From a virus (lineage: Duplodnaviria > Caudoviricetes): DNA of 64,000 nucleotides. Both the position numbers and the translations under genes were made by a program. The stretch covers positions 129,841 to 193,840 of IMG/VR virus record IMGVR_UViG_3300021387_001157, one strand, 5' to 3'. Positions 1 through 11,118 of the stretch are shown piece after piece. The notes beneath the pieces are model-generated. The model made no database searches, had not been told where the DNA came from, and worked only from the letters and a program-made list of their open reading frames with translations. Position 1 is the first letter of the stretch. Each line of letters begins with the position of its first letter.

Positions 1-194
1 AATAAATCCCTTTGGAAAACCATTACTATGCATTTCGAGTTTTACCTTACCTATATTAAGAAATTTTCTCATCTTATTTTTCTTTATTACCATAAATCAC
101 TACTATCTAGTTTGTCTTTCCAATACCAGATTGCACTTTCAATCCTTCGTCAAAACCTTTATGTACATCACCGTTTTCGTCGGTTATAACAATT

Positions 195-509
195 TCATTC
201 TTCTCCATTATCGTTTGGCTCTAAAATATACCATTTATCAGAAAGACTTTTTATATTAACAAGTTGTTTCTTATGTTCTTTACCATATTCTATTATTGCA
301 CTTGATGTTTGTGTATCTATAATAAAATCAGTAATGGAAGAATATGTCAAATCGAATGGAAGTTCCATCAGCCTCTCACCAATTTTTATGGCTTTATAGT
401 TACCATCAACCGGTTCCAATGGAAATTGAAAACGAAGATTCCCAATTATTATTTGGGATTTTTTTACCTCCACCGATTCTTTGATGTTTTTTCTTTTTAA
501 CGACCACAT
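195..509 (-). CDS. hypothetical protein
   Basis: ORF in co-directional gene run. Confidence 0.6.
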   Translation of the reverse strand: MWSLKRKNIKESVEVKKSQIIIGNLRFQFPLEPVDGNYKAIKIGERLMELPFDLTYSSITDFIIDTQTSSAIIEYGKEHKKQLVNIKSLSDKWYILEPNDNGEE

Positions 510-516
510 AGAACTT

Positions 517-741
517 TTATTTTTTTATTTTAGATATTATCTTTAAAATAAATTTATAAACCGGATATAGAATTACTATGATTATCGAACTAGGTATTAA
601 TGCAAACCACATAAGAGCAAAAAGCAATGATATGACTATAACTAAATCCGAATCAAAATCCGTAAATTTGGATATAAGAATTATAGATGCTACAAAAAAG
701 ACGAAAAAACCAGTGATATAGATTATCCAATACACACTCAT
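517..741 (-). CDS. small membrane protein
   Basis: two hydrophobic segments. Confidence 0.6.
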   Translation of the reverse strand: MSVYWIIYITGFFVFFVASIILISKFTDFDSDLVIVISLLFALMWFALIPSSIIIVILYPVYKFILKIISKIKK

Positions 742-771
742 ATTTATATAATTTTATTAATTTTACAACCA

Positions 772-1194
772 TCAAGTTACATCATATAAACCTATTTTAT
801 TTTGAAGTTTATTGAAATCTTCTTCTAGTTTTTTGCTTTTATCTTTTATATCATTTACAATCTTTTTTACTTCATCAAATTTCTCTGGCGTCGATTCTTT
901 CATCAATGAACAAAGACCTTTATCAATAAGTTCAATATACGAACCACAAAATGTATCTTGTACGAGGAATTTTCCATAAATATCGTGATATAAGTGAATA
1001 TACCCCCAATGATAGTTGCATCCGATACATAGTGTGTCTATACCAGTTGATGTCTTTATAAACTTTACCATTTCTATACGGTCGTTCATATCAAGGTCAA
1101 AGAAGACACGACCATCATATTTTTCGGCGAGTTCTGGTGTAATATCAATTTCTGTTTTCATCACCGGTTCCAATATATCATCTATTTCTTCCAT
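772..1194 (-). CDS. hypothetical protein
   Basis: 140 aa ORF. Confidence 0.65.
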   Translation of the reverse strand: MEEIDDILEPVMKTEIDITPELAEKYDGRVFFDLDMNDRIEMVKFIKTSTGIDTLCIGCNYHWGYIHLYHDIYGKFLVQDTFCGSYIELIDKGLCSLMKESTPEKFDEVKKIVNDIKDKSKKLEEDFNKLQNKIGLYDVT

Positions 1195-1416
1195 AATTGT
1201 TTCTTTATGTTATAAAGATAACAAAAAAATTACTCGTTTTTCATTTTTTCATCACTTTTATCATCTTTAAAAATGGCAAATATAATAGTGAGAAAAAATA
1301 CAATTACAAAAAATATAAGAAAAAACATAAAATATTATATTTATTCAAAGTAAGACAAAATTGAATTAATCCTACCTCAACAATCTATTTGGATTCAACA
1401 TATTGGACGAGTATTA

Positions 1417-2511
1417 TTATTGTTTATACCTAACCAATTCTTTTTTATTATTGTCCCATTTGTATCCTGCTTCTTTCATCTTTTTGAACAAGAGGTCACG
1501 TTGTTCTTTAGTTGCAGGAAAAACACTACGAAGTTCACCAAAATGGGATAACATGTTGTGAGGATTTTTTAGTGTAAGTTCTTCATTTGCATCAATACCA
1601 GCATAATAGTAAGCAAGTCCATTATTATATCGGTTTTTATCATATATAAACGGATTACCTTTTTTAGTTGAAAGAACATCACCATCATTTGCATCATCTA
1701 TACTCCAAAGACGACAGTCATCTTCTTCATCAAAACCAATGTAATACTGCATCCCATCATTATTCGAAATTACTTCATACCAAGATTTGCATACTTCTAC
1801 AATTTTGTATGTACTTAAACTATCCTCTAGTACAACCCAATCACCAACTTTAAACTTTGTATCATATCCATCCTTTAATTCAAGATGTTGTTTTTTCTCA
1901 CATTGTTTTTCAAGCCAATTGTATTTACCATCATGTGTTAAATGTTCGTACCCATTTCTCTTATACCACTCTTCCATCCATGTGTTACTTTCAACTTTTA
2001 ATCGGATTTTAGATATTCCGAATGTTTTAGCAACCTCTTCGGCTGCTTTCAGAATCTTTCTACCATATCCACGTTTCCTATTACATTCTTCAACAAACAC
2101 ACTTGACAAATAAAGCGTATCATCATCATATTGATAAAATGCAAAACGTAATAATACATCATCATTTATTTCATGTTTCTGTTCAGTGGAAACTATTTCT
2201 GATATAGACTTTGTTTTTCCACGCTTTTCATACAATCGACCCTCTTCAAATCCTTCAAGATAAAATTTATCTTTGGTCGTTTCATATGTATATTTCTGCT
2301 TTTCAAGCCAAGCAAATGCTTTATCTGCAAATACATTGTTAACTACACCATCTTCAACATATTTGTTTTCAAGTTCTTTTTTTATCCATTTCCTTATACT
2401 TTCGTCATTTTCTTTGAGTTCTGGAATAAGAGTTTCAAGAGCTTCGCAAAGCATTATTCTACCGGTAGGAAAATTGCTACGTATTATTTTTATTGCTTCG
2501 TTTTTATCCAT
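1417..2511 (-). CDS. mosaic phage protein with internal GNAT acetyltransferase domain
   Basis: LYLSSVFV..RKRGYGRKIL..WYKRNGY GNAT motif; KFKVGDW and W..DAxDGDVL modules shared with 3225..4586. Confidence 0.7.
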   Translation of the reverse strand: MDKNEAIKIIRSNFPTGRIMLCEALETLIPELKENDESIRKWIKKELENKYVEDGVVNNVFADKAFAWLEKQKYTYETTKDKFYLEGFEEGRLYEKRGKTKSISEIVSTEQKHEINDDVLLRFAFYQYDDDTLYLSSVFVEECNRKRGYGRKILKAAEEVAKTFGISKIRLKVESNTWMEEWYKRNGYEHLTHDGKYNWLEKQCEKKQHLELKDGYDTKFKVGDWVVLEDSLSTYKIVEVCKSWYEVISNNDGMQYYIGFDEEDDCRLWSIDDANDGDVLSTKKGNPFIYDKNRYNNGLAYYYAGIDANEELTLKNPHNMLSHFGELRSVFPATKEQRDLLFKKMKEAGYKWDNNKKELVRYKQ

Positions 2512-2512
2512 T

Positions 2513-2956
2513 TTATTCTCCTTTCTTTATATAATCATTTTCAAGAAGCCAACAAATCATTTCAAATGCAGTTTCAATAAGTGGCTTACTTCCTATATCA
2601 TGGTCACTATAAATGTCAACTAAACATTTGTCTCTATTGGTAGTAATGTATCTCAAAGAGTTGTCATTAGCAAACTGCCACTCTAAATTATAGAAATAAG
2701 CACTTCTTTTGTCAACTGGAACTGATATAACTTTAGGCATCAACTCTAATAATGCTCCGAGAGACCAACAAGGTATATCTCCTTTATCATATTCAGGAAG
2801 TCTACTATGAAGATGTTTTTCTACAATGATAAAAGTTGGATACATTACATTACCAGCAGGGGTTGGGTTACAAAAATAATACATATCAGCAGTATCAGGA
2901 TTCAATCCTAACTCTACTAATTTCTTACTTTGTTCAATTGATGTGTAGTGTTGCAT
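2513..2956 (-). CDS. conserved-type phage hypothetical protein
   Basis: YTSIEQSKKL..PCWSLGALLELMP; ORF tightly packed with neighbours. Confidence 0.65.
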   Translation of the reverse strand: MQHYTSIEQSKKLVELGLNPDTADMYYFCNPTPAGNVMYPTFIIVEKHLHSRLPEYDKGDIPCWSLGALLELMPKVISVPVDKRSAYFYNLEWQFANDNSLRYITTNRDKCLVDIYSDHDIGSKPLIETAFEMICWLLENDYIKKGE

Positions 2957-3201
2957 TTATTCTTCTCCTTTCTTGCTACTTCGGTTTTAACATTGGTATA
3001 GAAGTCCCATGCAGCTTTATAGATGGTATCACCAAAGCCACATACACCTTCTTGAATATTCTTACCATAAAGAAAGCACCACTGGTTTCCATCTTTGAAT
3101 GGTTTTATATCAAGGGCAGAAATGCATTCCCACATTGCATGAGTTTCAAGCACTTCTCCATATTGACCTGTTAGAATGTTCAGTAATTCTTCTATGTTCA
3201 T
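2917..3201 (-). CDS. hypothetical protein
   Basis: ORF in gene run. Confidence 0.55.
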   Translation of the reverse strand: MNIEELLNILTGQYGEVLETHAMWECISALDIKPFKDGNQWCFLYGKNIQEGVCGFGDTIYKAAWDFYTNVKTEVARKEKNKCNTTHQLNKVRN

Positions 3202-3224
3202 TTATTTTATTCTCCTTTCTGTAA

Positions 3225-4586
3225 TTAATCATTATATCCTTCGTACATCTTTTTACCAGTTATTTCGGTATAAAGATTTTCAAACTCAATCTGAACTTCT
3301 TTATCAATTTGAGTTAAGTGACCCCGAATTATTCTTGCAAATTGTTCTGCTATTTCAGTTTTATCAAGGTACTTCTGTTCACTTTTCTTTTTAAGCCAAT
3401 CAATAAGGTCTTCACAGTTACACTCTCTGTCAAAACTTTCCATATCGACATAAGTTTGAAGTTTTGACAATAGTCTTTCATCCTCTTCACTCCAAGCAAG
3501 ATTTTGCTCTGAAAATATTGCAGATTTCGTCGGATACGGACTACCTTTTTCTTTCACGTTATAACCACCGTTAACAATCTTACAATTTTCAGGAAGAACA
3601 TAATCAATGTGATTAGGTTCATCTTCTATACCATAGTATGTTATACCAGCAATATCTTTTACTTCAAGTACATTATACTCAATGTCTGCATATTTAACCT
3701 TAAATTTTGGTTCAACTTTATCAGTAGGATTCTGTTGAATATAACTTAAGCATTGTTTTGTACCGTGTGTTCCAGGAATCATCCAAGTTTTTATTTCTTC
3801 TGTTTTATATTTGGAATTAAAATGATTTCGTTCACAATCACTACATTTAGGAATTGTACCTCCATATTTACAATAAAAATATGCTGAGGAATCTTGTTCA
3901 ATCTTTTTCAACTCTTTCTTTTCGGCATCACTTGCAAGTACATCACCATCCTTTGCATCTTGGAAAGTCCAAAGGTGGCAACTGCCATCAACGAAACAAG
4001 GCATAGGGTCTGTCAGATTTCCATTTGACCATTCAATGTAGTATCTGAGTGTTCCATAATTATCGTACTTTATTTCAGATATTTTGCCAATTCCACCTTT
4101 CTTGTTTACAATCCAATCTCCAACTTTAAACTTTGTTCCAAACTTATCAACGGGATTATTCTCACCTTGTTTTTCAAGTTCTGTATTGATGTATTGCAAA
4201 CCACATTCTAATAGCGCTTTTGCATCTTCAAGACTACGAGTGTCCCAGTCTATATTAGATTTTCCATTCGATTCAGTAATTAAAACAACTTGTTTTTCAG
4301 AGTTTACTTTCCTTGAAAAATGAATTCTTTTTCCTTTTTCTTTCATTTCTTCAAGAAAGGTAATATACTCTTGTTTTTTGTTAGAAAGAAGCAAGGTTGG
4401 GTCAGTGACAAAATCAATAATACCATTTATTATTTTTTCGTATTCATATTCAATACTCTTTTTGAGCTCGGGAAAGACCCTTTCAAGTCTTTGTTTTAGC
4501 TCCTCGTGAGAATATGCAAGATTATTAAAATTAAACTCTTTCTTACATCTTTCAAGAGCCTCTTTATACATTTTTTCGTAGTCCAT
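3225..4586 (-). CDS. mosaic modular phage protein
   Basis: 453 aa; KFKVGDW and WTFQDAKDGDVL modules shared with 1417..2511. Confidence 0.7.
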   Translation of the reverse strand: MDYEKMYKEALERCKKEFNFNNLAYSHEELKQRLERVFPELKKSIEYEYEKIINGIIDFVTDPTLLLSNKKQEYITFLEEMKEKGKRIHFSRKVNSEKQVVLITESNGKSNIDWDTRSLEDAKALLECGLQYINTELEKQGENNPVDKFGTKFKVGDWIVNKKGGIGKISEIKYDNYGTLRYYIEWSNGNLTDPMPCFVDGSCHLWTFQDAKDGDVLASDAEKKELKKIEQDSSAYFYCKYGGTIPKCSDCERNHFNSKYKTEEIKTWMIPGTHGTKQCLSYIQQNPTDKVEPKFKVKYADIEYNVLEVKDIAGITYYGIEDEPNHIDYVLPENCKIVNGGYNVKEKGSPYPTKSAIFSEQNLAWSEEDERLLSKLQTYVDMESFDRECNCEDLIDWLKKKSEQKYLDKTEIAEQFARIIRGHLTQIDKEVQIEFENLYTEITGKKMYEGYND

Positions 4587-4587
4587 T

Positions 4588-4824
4588 TTATTCTCCTTTC
4601 TTTATATAATCATTTTTGATATAACCGTATTCAGGATGTTCCATTTCCTCCTTTTTTGCTTTAAGGCCAAGTTCAAAGAAATGCTTGGCGATAGATTTAC
4701 CAACAATATTGTTCACTAACTTGCTATATACAGGGTCATCTTCAACAAAATTCTTATATTCTTTATTCAAGTCAATATCTTTCACTTCAAGGGTGTCAAT
4801 AGCGGATTTTTTTATAAGTTTCAT
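4588..4824 (-). CDS. hypothetical protein
   Basis: ORF; C-terminus NDYIKKGE identical to that of 2513..2956. Confidence 0.55.
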   Translation of the reverse strand: MKLIKKSAIDTLEVKDIDLNKEYKNFVEDDPVYSKLVNNIVGKSIAKHFFELGLKAKKEEMEHPEYGYIKNDYIKKGE

Positions 4825-4835
4825 ATTATTTAGAT

Positions 4836-5291
4836 TTAAATATCATACATTCCTTCAGGTGCTTCCAATGCTAGACCTTTTTCAATTAAACCTGAATAAT
4901 CCACATTGATAGAACGTAAATAATTCAAGCAATCCTCCATCACATAATATGGAGTATATACTGGATAAGTCATGTCATGCACTACACCATTATCATAAGT
5001 GTTTAGGCACGTCATCTTAGATACATGTCTTTTCTCTTCTTCAGTCATACTTGACATCGGACGTAGATAAGGCTTGATATCTACAATAGAAGCTTCGTAA
5101 TCAACACCCGGTTCTGGTTGACATAAAACATTAATGTAATAATCATCAATATTTTTACCATAAGTCGATATTTTCATTATTTTAACATTACGAAACTTAT
5201 TTAATGCTTTATGATACCACTGAGCAAAAATTTTATATGGTAACCTTGAACAAAGGTCTCTCAGTAATAATTGCTTATCTTTCTCTGTCAT
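4836..5291 (-). CDS. hypothetical phage protein
   Basis: 151 aa ORF. Confidence 0.65.
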   Translation of the reverse strand: MTEKDKQLLLRDLCSRLPYKIFAQWYHKALNKFRNVKIMKISTYGKNIDDYYINVLCQPEPGVDYEASIVDIKPYLRPMSSMTEEEKRHVSKMTCLNTYDNGVVHDMTYPVYTPYYVMEDCLNYLRSINVDYSGLIEKGLALEAPEGMYDI

Positions 5292-5445
5292 ACTCTATAA
5301 AATATTTTTCAATTTCGTTAAACAATAGTCTCTTCTTATAACGAGTTGCATCCATATGCCCCTATTTTTATCCCTTAAAGTACGTTTCATACCATCAAAT
5401 CGGACTTCTGTTCCATTTTTATTTACTGCTAAGTATGGCATAATA

Positions 5446-5895
5446 TTAAATTAAATTATCTCTGACAGATTTCTTAACTTTACATTCTTTGTACTTGTCG
5501 GTAATCATAGATTTTTGTGTCTTAAGCATTTCAATAAGTTCTAAGTTCCCATCTTCATGGTCAACATATAATGATTCGTATTCGTACTCACCCATATCCT
5601 CAATTACAATGTCACGAATGTTTCCTCTTATAGTAGCTGAAAAATCAAAGTACCCTAACCTCATTTCGCCTGCATATCCTTTTACTTTTACATAAATATC
5701 ATCAGTATTCATTTTTGTAAAAGTAATAAGACGACCATTATGGTCTAAAATTGGGTTTATTTCTGTTTTTGGAACAAAAATTTCCGTTAATAAAAGGTCA
5801 TCAAATAGATTTTCAATAGATTTAGGATTTTTTAGAATATATCTTTCAAAAGGATAATACTCATTAAAAACGTCAATAAATTCTTTATCATTCAT
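5446..5895 (-). CDS. hypothetical protein
   Basis: 149 aa ORF. Confidence 0.6.
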   Translation of the reverse strand: MNDKEFIDVFNEYYPFERYILKNPKSIENLFDDLLLTEIFVPKTEINPILDHNGRLITFTKMNTDDIYVKVKGYAGEMRLGYFDFSATIRGNIRDIVIEDMGEYEYESLYVDHEDGNLELIEMLKTQKSMITDKYKECKVKKSVRDNLI

Positions 5896-5898
5896 CTT

Positions 5899-6321
5899 TT
5901 AAATCAGATTAGTTAAACAATACTTAATTGCTGCTTCACAAGCTCGTTCATAGGACTCATATACCCACCCCTGATGATACGTTTCATTAGTTTTTGCAAC
6001 TATTATCTCAATATCCCAGAGAAATTTTTCATTATCGAGGACACTACTTAAAATTGGTACAATAGCAATGCCTTTGGCTTCTCTCAGCCATTTCATTGCC
6101 ATTTGAAGTGTTGGAGCATATACTGATTTACCAGATGCTTTGTATCCTCCTAATTGCATGTCAAAGAATTTATTTGCTTTAAATGCTATACCTCCTCTGT
6201 TGCTGCGATTCTTAAATACACATTCTGTAATGGTATATACAGTTGTGCATTTTGTATCAAACCCCTTTTCTCTAAGAAGTTTAGCTATTTCAATACTAAC
6301 ATAATCTTCGGTAATAGTCAT
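5899..6321 (-). CDS. hypothetical phage protein
   Basis: EDYVSIEIAKLLREKGF..APTLQMAMKWLRE. Confidence 0.65.
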   Translation of the reverse strand: MTITEDYVSIEIAKLLREKGFDTKCTTVYTITECVFKNRSNRGGIAFKANKFFDMQLGGYKASGKSVYAPTLQMAMKWLREAKGIAIVPILSSVLDNEKFLWDIEIIVAKTNETYHQGWVYESYERACEAAIKYCLTNLI

Positions 6322-6353
6322 TATTTCTATGTTTTTAAAGTTAAATTTTTCAA

Positions 6354-7214
6354 TTACTTCCTTTTTCTTTTTCCTCCGTGATATTCTTCACCTCGGAAGG
6401 AGGTCTCTTCATCAAAGCCATGTTTAATGATTTTGATAGAGTTTTCTTTTCTTTCCTTTATCTTACGTTCTTCCTCAATATCGTGAAGGAGACTCTCCTC
6501 TTTTTTTAGTTTTTCCCTCATACGTTCTCTTTCTCTTTTTTTGTAAGCATCTATTGATTCTTGTCGGCACTGTTTGTGTTTAGGAGTTTTTCTTTTAATT
6601 TCCATAAATTCACCATCAACGATAGGATGTGCCTTTGTTTCAATATCTACTGGACCAGGTGCAATCCACAAGACATTGAGGAGTTTATTAAGTTTCTTAT
6701 ACTCCTCAGGAGTTATTACCTCGTTAAAGATATGGTTGATTTTATCTCTTCCAACACGTTTGATAACCCTATCAATTTCTTCTTTGGTAAAGTCTGATTT
6801 GTCAAATACATATCCATGAATGACTCTATTGTCAATTTTGTAAGTCAAGTGACTTCTCTTCCAACTTCTTTTGTTCTTGTAGATGTTTCCGTTCTCATCA
6901 ATAACAAACTCATTAAACCAATAACATGGTTTAGTTGAAATTAGGTTTAAATCAGTATGAATTATAGAGAGAAATTCCTTGCTGTATCTAAACTTTTCTT
7001 TAAGATTACAGAAGAGTTTCTTACGACACTCATTATAGTTTTCACCCACATGTTTTCCCCAAAATCTGTAGATATAGGAATAGATTTTTCTCAGGGCGAA
7101 CCATCTTCTTCCTTTATAGTCTCCGAAGTCACCAACTTTTTTTGTACTGTAGAGGAATGTATCTTTTGTAAGACTTGTATGTTGTGGGAAGTCTGTAAAA
7201 TTCTTGTTTTTCAT
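6354..7214 (-). CDS. basic hypothetical protein, paralog of 27702..28541
   Basis: shared KDTF.YS.KK.GDF, FW.KHVGENY.ECR and KHGFDEETSFR. Confidence 0.75.
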   Translation of the reverse strand: MKNKNFTDFPQHTSLTKDTFLYSTKKVGDFGDYKGRRWFALRKIYSYIYRFWGKHVGENYNECRKKLFCNLKEKFRYSKEFLSIIHTDLNLISTKPCYWFNEFVIDENGNIYKNKRSWKRSHLTYKIDNRVIHGYVFDKSDFTKEEIDRVIKRVGRDKINHIFNEVITPEEYKKLNKLLNVLWIAPGPVDIETKAHPIVDGEFMEIKRKTPKHKQCRQESIDAYKKRERERMREKLKKEESLLHDIEEERKIKERKENSIKIIKHGFDEETSFRGEEYHGGKRKRK

Positions 7215-7253
7215 TAGCCAACTCTGAGTATATAGTCCATTTTCTACTTCTAT

Positions 7254-7778
7254 TTATTCAAAATATGCCATTGCTTCATAGTTAAATCCCACAAATGGAA
7301 TGTTGTAATCACACTGTGACTGAAGAATATCAACCCATTGTTCCATTGGAGTACCATCAAGAATCAACCTGTTGAGAGCGTCTCCGAAAATGATGTTCTG
7401 TCTATTAACCTCATCTTCTGTAGTATCAAATCCATATTCACAAGCCTCTTTAATGTTGGATATGAACATAGATGTGAAGAAACCGTGTAACCCGTATCTG
7501 TCTGCAAAGTTACCAGCGTAGCACCAGACTCCAATAATTCTTCTCTTTCTCAACATTTCAAGATGTGACCTATCGATGCAGTATCCGTTCCAATGTTGAT
7601 TTATCAAACCCAATTCAGTACCATGTCCAAACAGTAATAAATCATTAGAACTATTTCTTATAAGGTCTTTGATTTTATGTCCGCTTGGATTTACAAGAAG
7701 ATTTGTCTCCACATCAGATATTATATGAGTATAATATCCGGTATCTGGCATACTATCTATTACTATTGCATCTAACAT
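7254..7778 (-). CDS. hypothetical protein
   Basis: 174 aa ORF directly downstream of a promoter. Confidence 0.65.
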   Translation of the reverse strand: MLDAIVIDSMPDTGYYTHIISDVETNLLVNPSGHKIKDLIRNSSNDLLLFGHGTELGLINQHWNGYCIDRSHLEMLRKRRIIGVWCYAGNFADRYGLHGFFTSMFISNIKEACEYGFDTTEDEVNRQNIIFGDALNRLILDGTPMEQWVDILQSQCDYNIPFVGFNYEAMAYFE

Positions 7779-7800
7779 ATCATTGTATATTTTCTCGTTG

Positions 7801-7831
7801 CAAAGATACGAACTTTTTTTTAATTACCAAA
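7801..7831 (-). promoter_or_regulatory. Bacteroidetes-type sigma-A promoter
   Basis: minus strand TTTG-N19-TATCTTTG; near-identical copies at about 32123 and 34938, related ones at about 9567, 28975, 35782 and 46983. Confidence 0.75.
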
Positions 7832-7886
7832 ATTTTTTTTCAAAAAAAATTATTTTTTTATATAAAATCAAATCAATAAATACTTT

Positions 7887-8192
7887 ATGGGATATGTATA
7901 TTTGATTTGTGACAGTAAGAATGAGTATTATAAAATAGGTGTCACTACAGGAAAAATTGAAAATCGTATTAAACAATTACAGACTGGCAATGGTACTGAA
8001 TTGTTCATACGAGATTATTTCGAAACTGAATACCCATTTAAACTTGAAAAACTACTACATAACAAATTCATGACAAAAAAAGTATTGAATGAATGGTTTA
8101 TGCTTTCAGTTGAGGATGTATGTAGATTTAAGAACACATGCAAAGAACTTCAGCACACAATTGAAATTCTACTAAACAATCCATTTTTTTAA
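7887..8192 (+). CDS. GIY-YIG (T5orf172/MUG113-like) domain protein
   Basis: YVYLI..YKIGVT..RIKQLQTGN..EWF; ATAAATA motif upstream. Confidence 0.8.
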   Translation: MGYVYLICDSKNEYYKIGVTTGKIENRIKQLQTGNGTELFIRDYFETEYPFKLEKLLHNKFMTKKVLNEWFMLSVEDVCRFKNTCKELQHTIEILLNNPFF

Positions 8193-8518
8193 ACGTTTCA
8201 TAGTTATAATTTTTATAGAAAAATATTCTAACCAATTATTTTATACTCTCCAATCCATTATCTTTGATGTAAGATATAAAATGGAATGGGAGTATAGCAA
8301 TATAAAAAATAATGATAAATGGCCAAAAAAAATGCAAAAAATGCACACGCTTCTGGATATTCTTCATCTATAAAATAACTAATATCGCTATTATCAAAAA
8401 GTTCTTGAAAATAAATAGATTTTCTGTCAAGATACACGAACAAAAACAAGGTTAAAACACCAAGTACGAAATATAATATAACGTATAAAAAAAAAAACAT
8501 AATATTTTATTTTTAATT

Positions 8519-8704
8519 TTAATCAAGAAATCTAATATAGCACATACCATTTCTCAGGTATACATATTCATACGGACGACCTTGGTCGTAGAACACATCA
8601 CCATCACCGGTGTTTCTCTCAATTTTGAAAACGTGAAGCAATATACCGATAAGTATAGGTATGCTTACAATAATACAGATGATAACTAAGAAGATTTTTA
8701 ACAT
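8519..8704 (-). CDS. small membrane protein
   Basis: N-terminal hydrophobic helix. Confidence 0.5.
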   Translation of the reverse strand: MLKIFLVIICIIVSIPILIGILLHVFKIERNTGDGDVFYDQGRPYEYVYLRNGMCYIRFLD

Positions 8705-8715
8705 AATACTTGATT

Positions 8716-9549
8716 TTATTTGGAAATTTGTTGAACAACTCTGTTTTTTCTATGTAGTTCTCTATAACAAGATGCACATGATGGTATGAAAATTTTATAA
8801 AATTTCTGATTAAAATCTTTAAATTTTTTTGCAAACCCACCATCCAAATAGTTATCAATCACTGCATAATTTAGAATACCCATAGGACATTTGTAAATGT
8901 TTCCTATTTCATCAATGAGAAACCCATACATTTCATCGTTCTGTGAACAAAATGTTCCCATATAATTATAAAAACTACTGCCAGCAAGTTCACCTCTTCC
9001 AACAGGAACGATGGAATCTTCACACATATAATCTTTCTCAGGTATATTGTAATTTACACCAGTCTCTTTTAAAAAGAGTTCGGCTGCATCATTGTTACGG
9101 TTAGTGTGCCATTTGTCGTTTGAAATCGAGATACGGATACTTTTTTTATACAAGTCTATGAATTTTGCAAGTTTTTCTTTAACTTTCTCATTGTGTGCCC
9201 AATCACCATTGCTAACGATTCTTGTGAATTTTACATTTTGTACAATAAGAGACATGATTTCAAACCAGTCTGGGTTGCAGAAAAATTCACCACCCATAAT
9301 CTGACATGATGAAATCTCGTTACTCGTGAGAAATTTCACGGTTTTTTCTGCTTGCTCAATAGACATAAAAACATTACTTTCAGGTGAACTTTCAAAACAG
9401 CAGTGTATACATTTTTGTGTGCATCTGTTTGTTATACGGATTGTTGGGTGCAATTTTCGATAACATTTTGTAGACAATACACATGTACAACAATGACAAT
9501 TATGTTCACCTTTACAAGTTTCTTCTATGCAAATGTCACAAGTTCTCAT
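8716..9549 (-). CDS. radical SAM protein
   Basis: CTQKCIHC (CxxxCxxC), MGGE motif, C-terminal Cys cluster. Confidence 0.85.
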   Translation of the reverse strand: MRTCDICIEETCKGEHNCHCCTCVLSTKCYRKLHPTIRITNRCTQKCIHCCFESSPESNVFMSIEQAEKTVKFLTSNEISSCQIMGGEFFCNPDWFEIMSLIVQNVKFTRIVSNGDWAHNEKVKEKLAKFIDLYKKSIRISISNDKWHTNRNNDAAELFLKETGVNYNIPEKDYMCEDSIVPVGRGELAGSSFYNYMGTFCSQNDEMYGFLIDEIGNIYKCPMGILNYAVIDNYLDGGFAKKFKDFNQKFYKIFIPSCASCYRELHRKNRVVQQISK

Positions 9550-9940
9550 AAATATATTCTTTTTTACAAAGATACTATTATTTTTTTTAATTAAACAAAA
9601 TTATTTTGTCATTTCACAATATGGTGTCTTTGTAAACAAATCACACATCACATTACAATCTTTTATAATTTCATTTCTCGGTTCCTTGCAGTCGTGATTA
9701 TGACAGACCCAACAACAACACTTTGACATCAAGTCACAAAACCTGAATATCTCCCCTTTTGTACCATTCACATTTATTGTGTACCCAACACTATATCTAC
9801 ATTTTTAATAATTTTGTGTCTATCAGTCCCATTTTCTCTTTCTTTTAATTCATCTGAGTCGATTCCGAAAGCAGCTATACAAAACTCATCATACGACATT
9901 TCGTTAACATTAATCGACTTATAATCATTTATTAAAGTAC

Positions 9941-10459
9941 TCATACTTTCTTTTTTTCGTCATGTATATTACCTATTACTTCGGCAAATAACAAATCATT
10001 CTCGTTTTCAATAAATGGAAACTCCTCTTTATTCAAGATATTGCAAAATATGTCAATGATTTTAGATGGGTCTATGACTCTATATTCACTCGATAATATA
10101 TTCAGAGGAATCTCACTATCAACGGTGTAAAATTCTCCATTTTCGAATTTTATCTCATCTTCAACTTTTATAATATCTTCTTCTCGTGGATAATCAAATA
10201 TGTCTGATAATTCTCTAACTTGATAAAAAATGATAATATCGTGTTCATATATCATATTACCGTTCTTATCTGTTAAACCGGAACATTCCCCTACTGTGTT
10301 AGGGTCAACTTCATACTCTTCACCATCTTTTGTTATAATAATATAATGGTTTATCTGACCACGATGATGTGTACCTTGTTCGACTCTTTCGAAATACCAG
10401 CCATATACCCATTTTGAATCATGGATACATTTTCCTCTAAATATTATTTCTCTTTTCAT
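9941..10459 (-). CDS. YopX family protein
   Basis: MKREIIFRGK..WVYG..TVGECSGLTDKNGNMIYEHDI..EVIGNIHD. Confidence 0.85.
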   Translation of the reverse strand: MKREIIFRGKCIHDSKWVYGWYFERVEQGTHHRGQINHYIIITKDGEEYEVDPNTVGECSGLTDKNGNMIYEHDIIIFYQVRELSDIFDYPREEDIIKVEDEIKFENGEFYTVDSEIPLNILSSEYRVIDPSKIIDIFCNILNKEEFPFIENENDLLFAEVIGNIHDEKKKV

Positions 10460-10734
10460 TTGGTAAAAATATTTCTTTAACAGGGTCTCTTGTATCTTCC
10501 CAATCAGGACTATAATTAAATGTATCTTGAAAAACTTCTTTCATTTTTCCAATTTCAAAGTTTCTCTCTCCATATTATTAATAAACTCATCTTTTTTATC
10601 CAAATCGAATGTTCCATCATCTTTCATAAGTAATGTACAGCATCTCGTTTAAAATCATCAGATACTATATAACTGTTTATAATTGATGTTACTATATTTT
10701 CACCAACAATTTTTCTATCCATAATTTTTATATT

Positions 10735-11118
10735 TTATAAAACAAAGTCAAATTCAATACCAATATCATTCATAATATGTTGTAAATGATGTAAACTTTC
10801 AACTTTTGTTACAGTATAATCACCTATATAACAGAACATACCAACATTATCAACCCTGATTTTTATAGTTTTATCACCAATTGTCTTCGACCATTCGTGA
10901 TAATCGTAGTAGTCACTATCACCGTATCTAAGTTTAAATCCATTCTTTTCAAAAAACTCATCCGACAGAGGAATTGGACGGATACAATCCAAACTATAAA
11001 TTTCACCATCGGCACCAATAGCATCATCTGCTTCTGACATATAGTCTATTCTATGTCCCTTACATTCTGGTTCGTGGATAAACACGAAATCGCCTATCAT
11101 AAATTCATTTATCTTCAT
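10735..11118 (-). CDS. hypothetical phage protein
   Basis: ORF in gene run. Confidence 0.6.
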   Translation of the reverse strand: MKINEFMIGDFVFIHEPECKGHRIDYMSEADDAIGADGEIYSLDCIRPIPLSDEFFEKNGFKLRYGDSDYYDYHEWSKTIGDKTIKIRVDNVGMFCYIGDYTVTKVESLHHLQHIMNDIGIEFDFVL

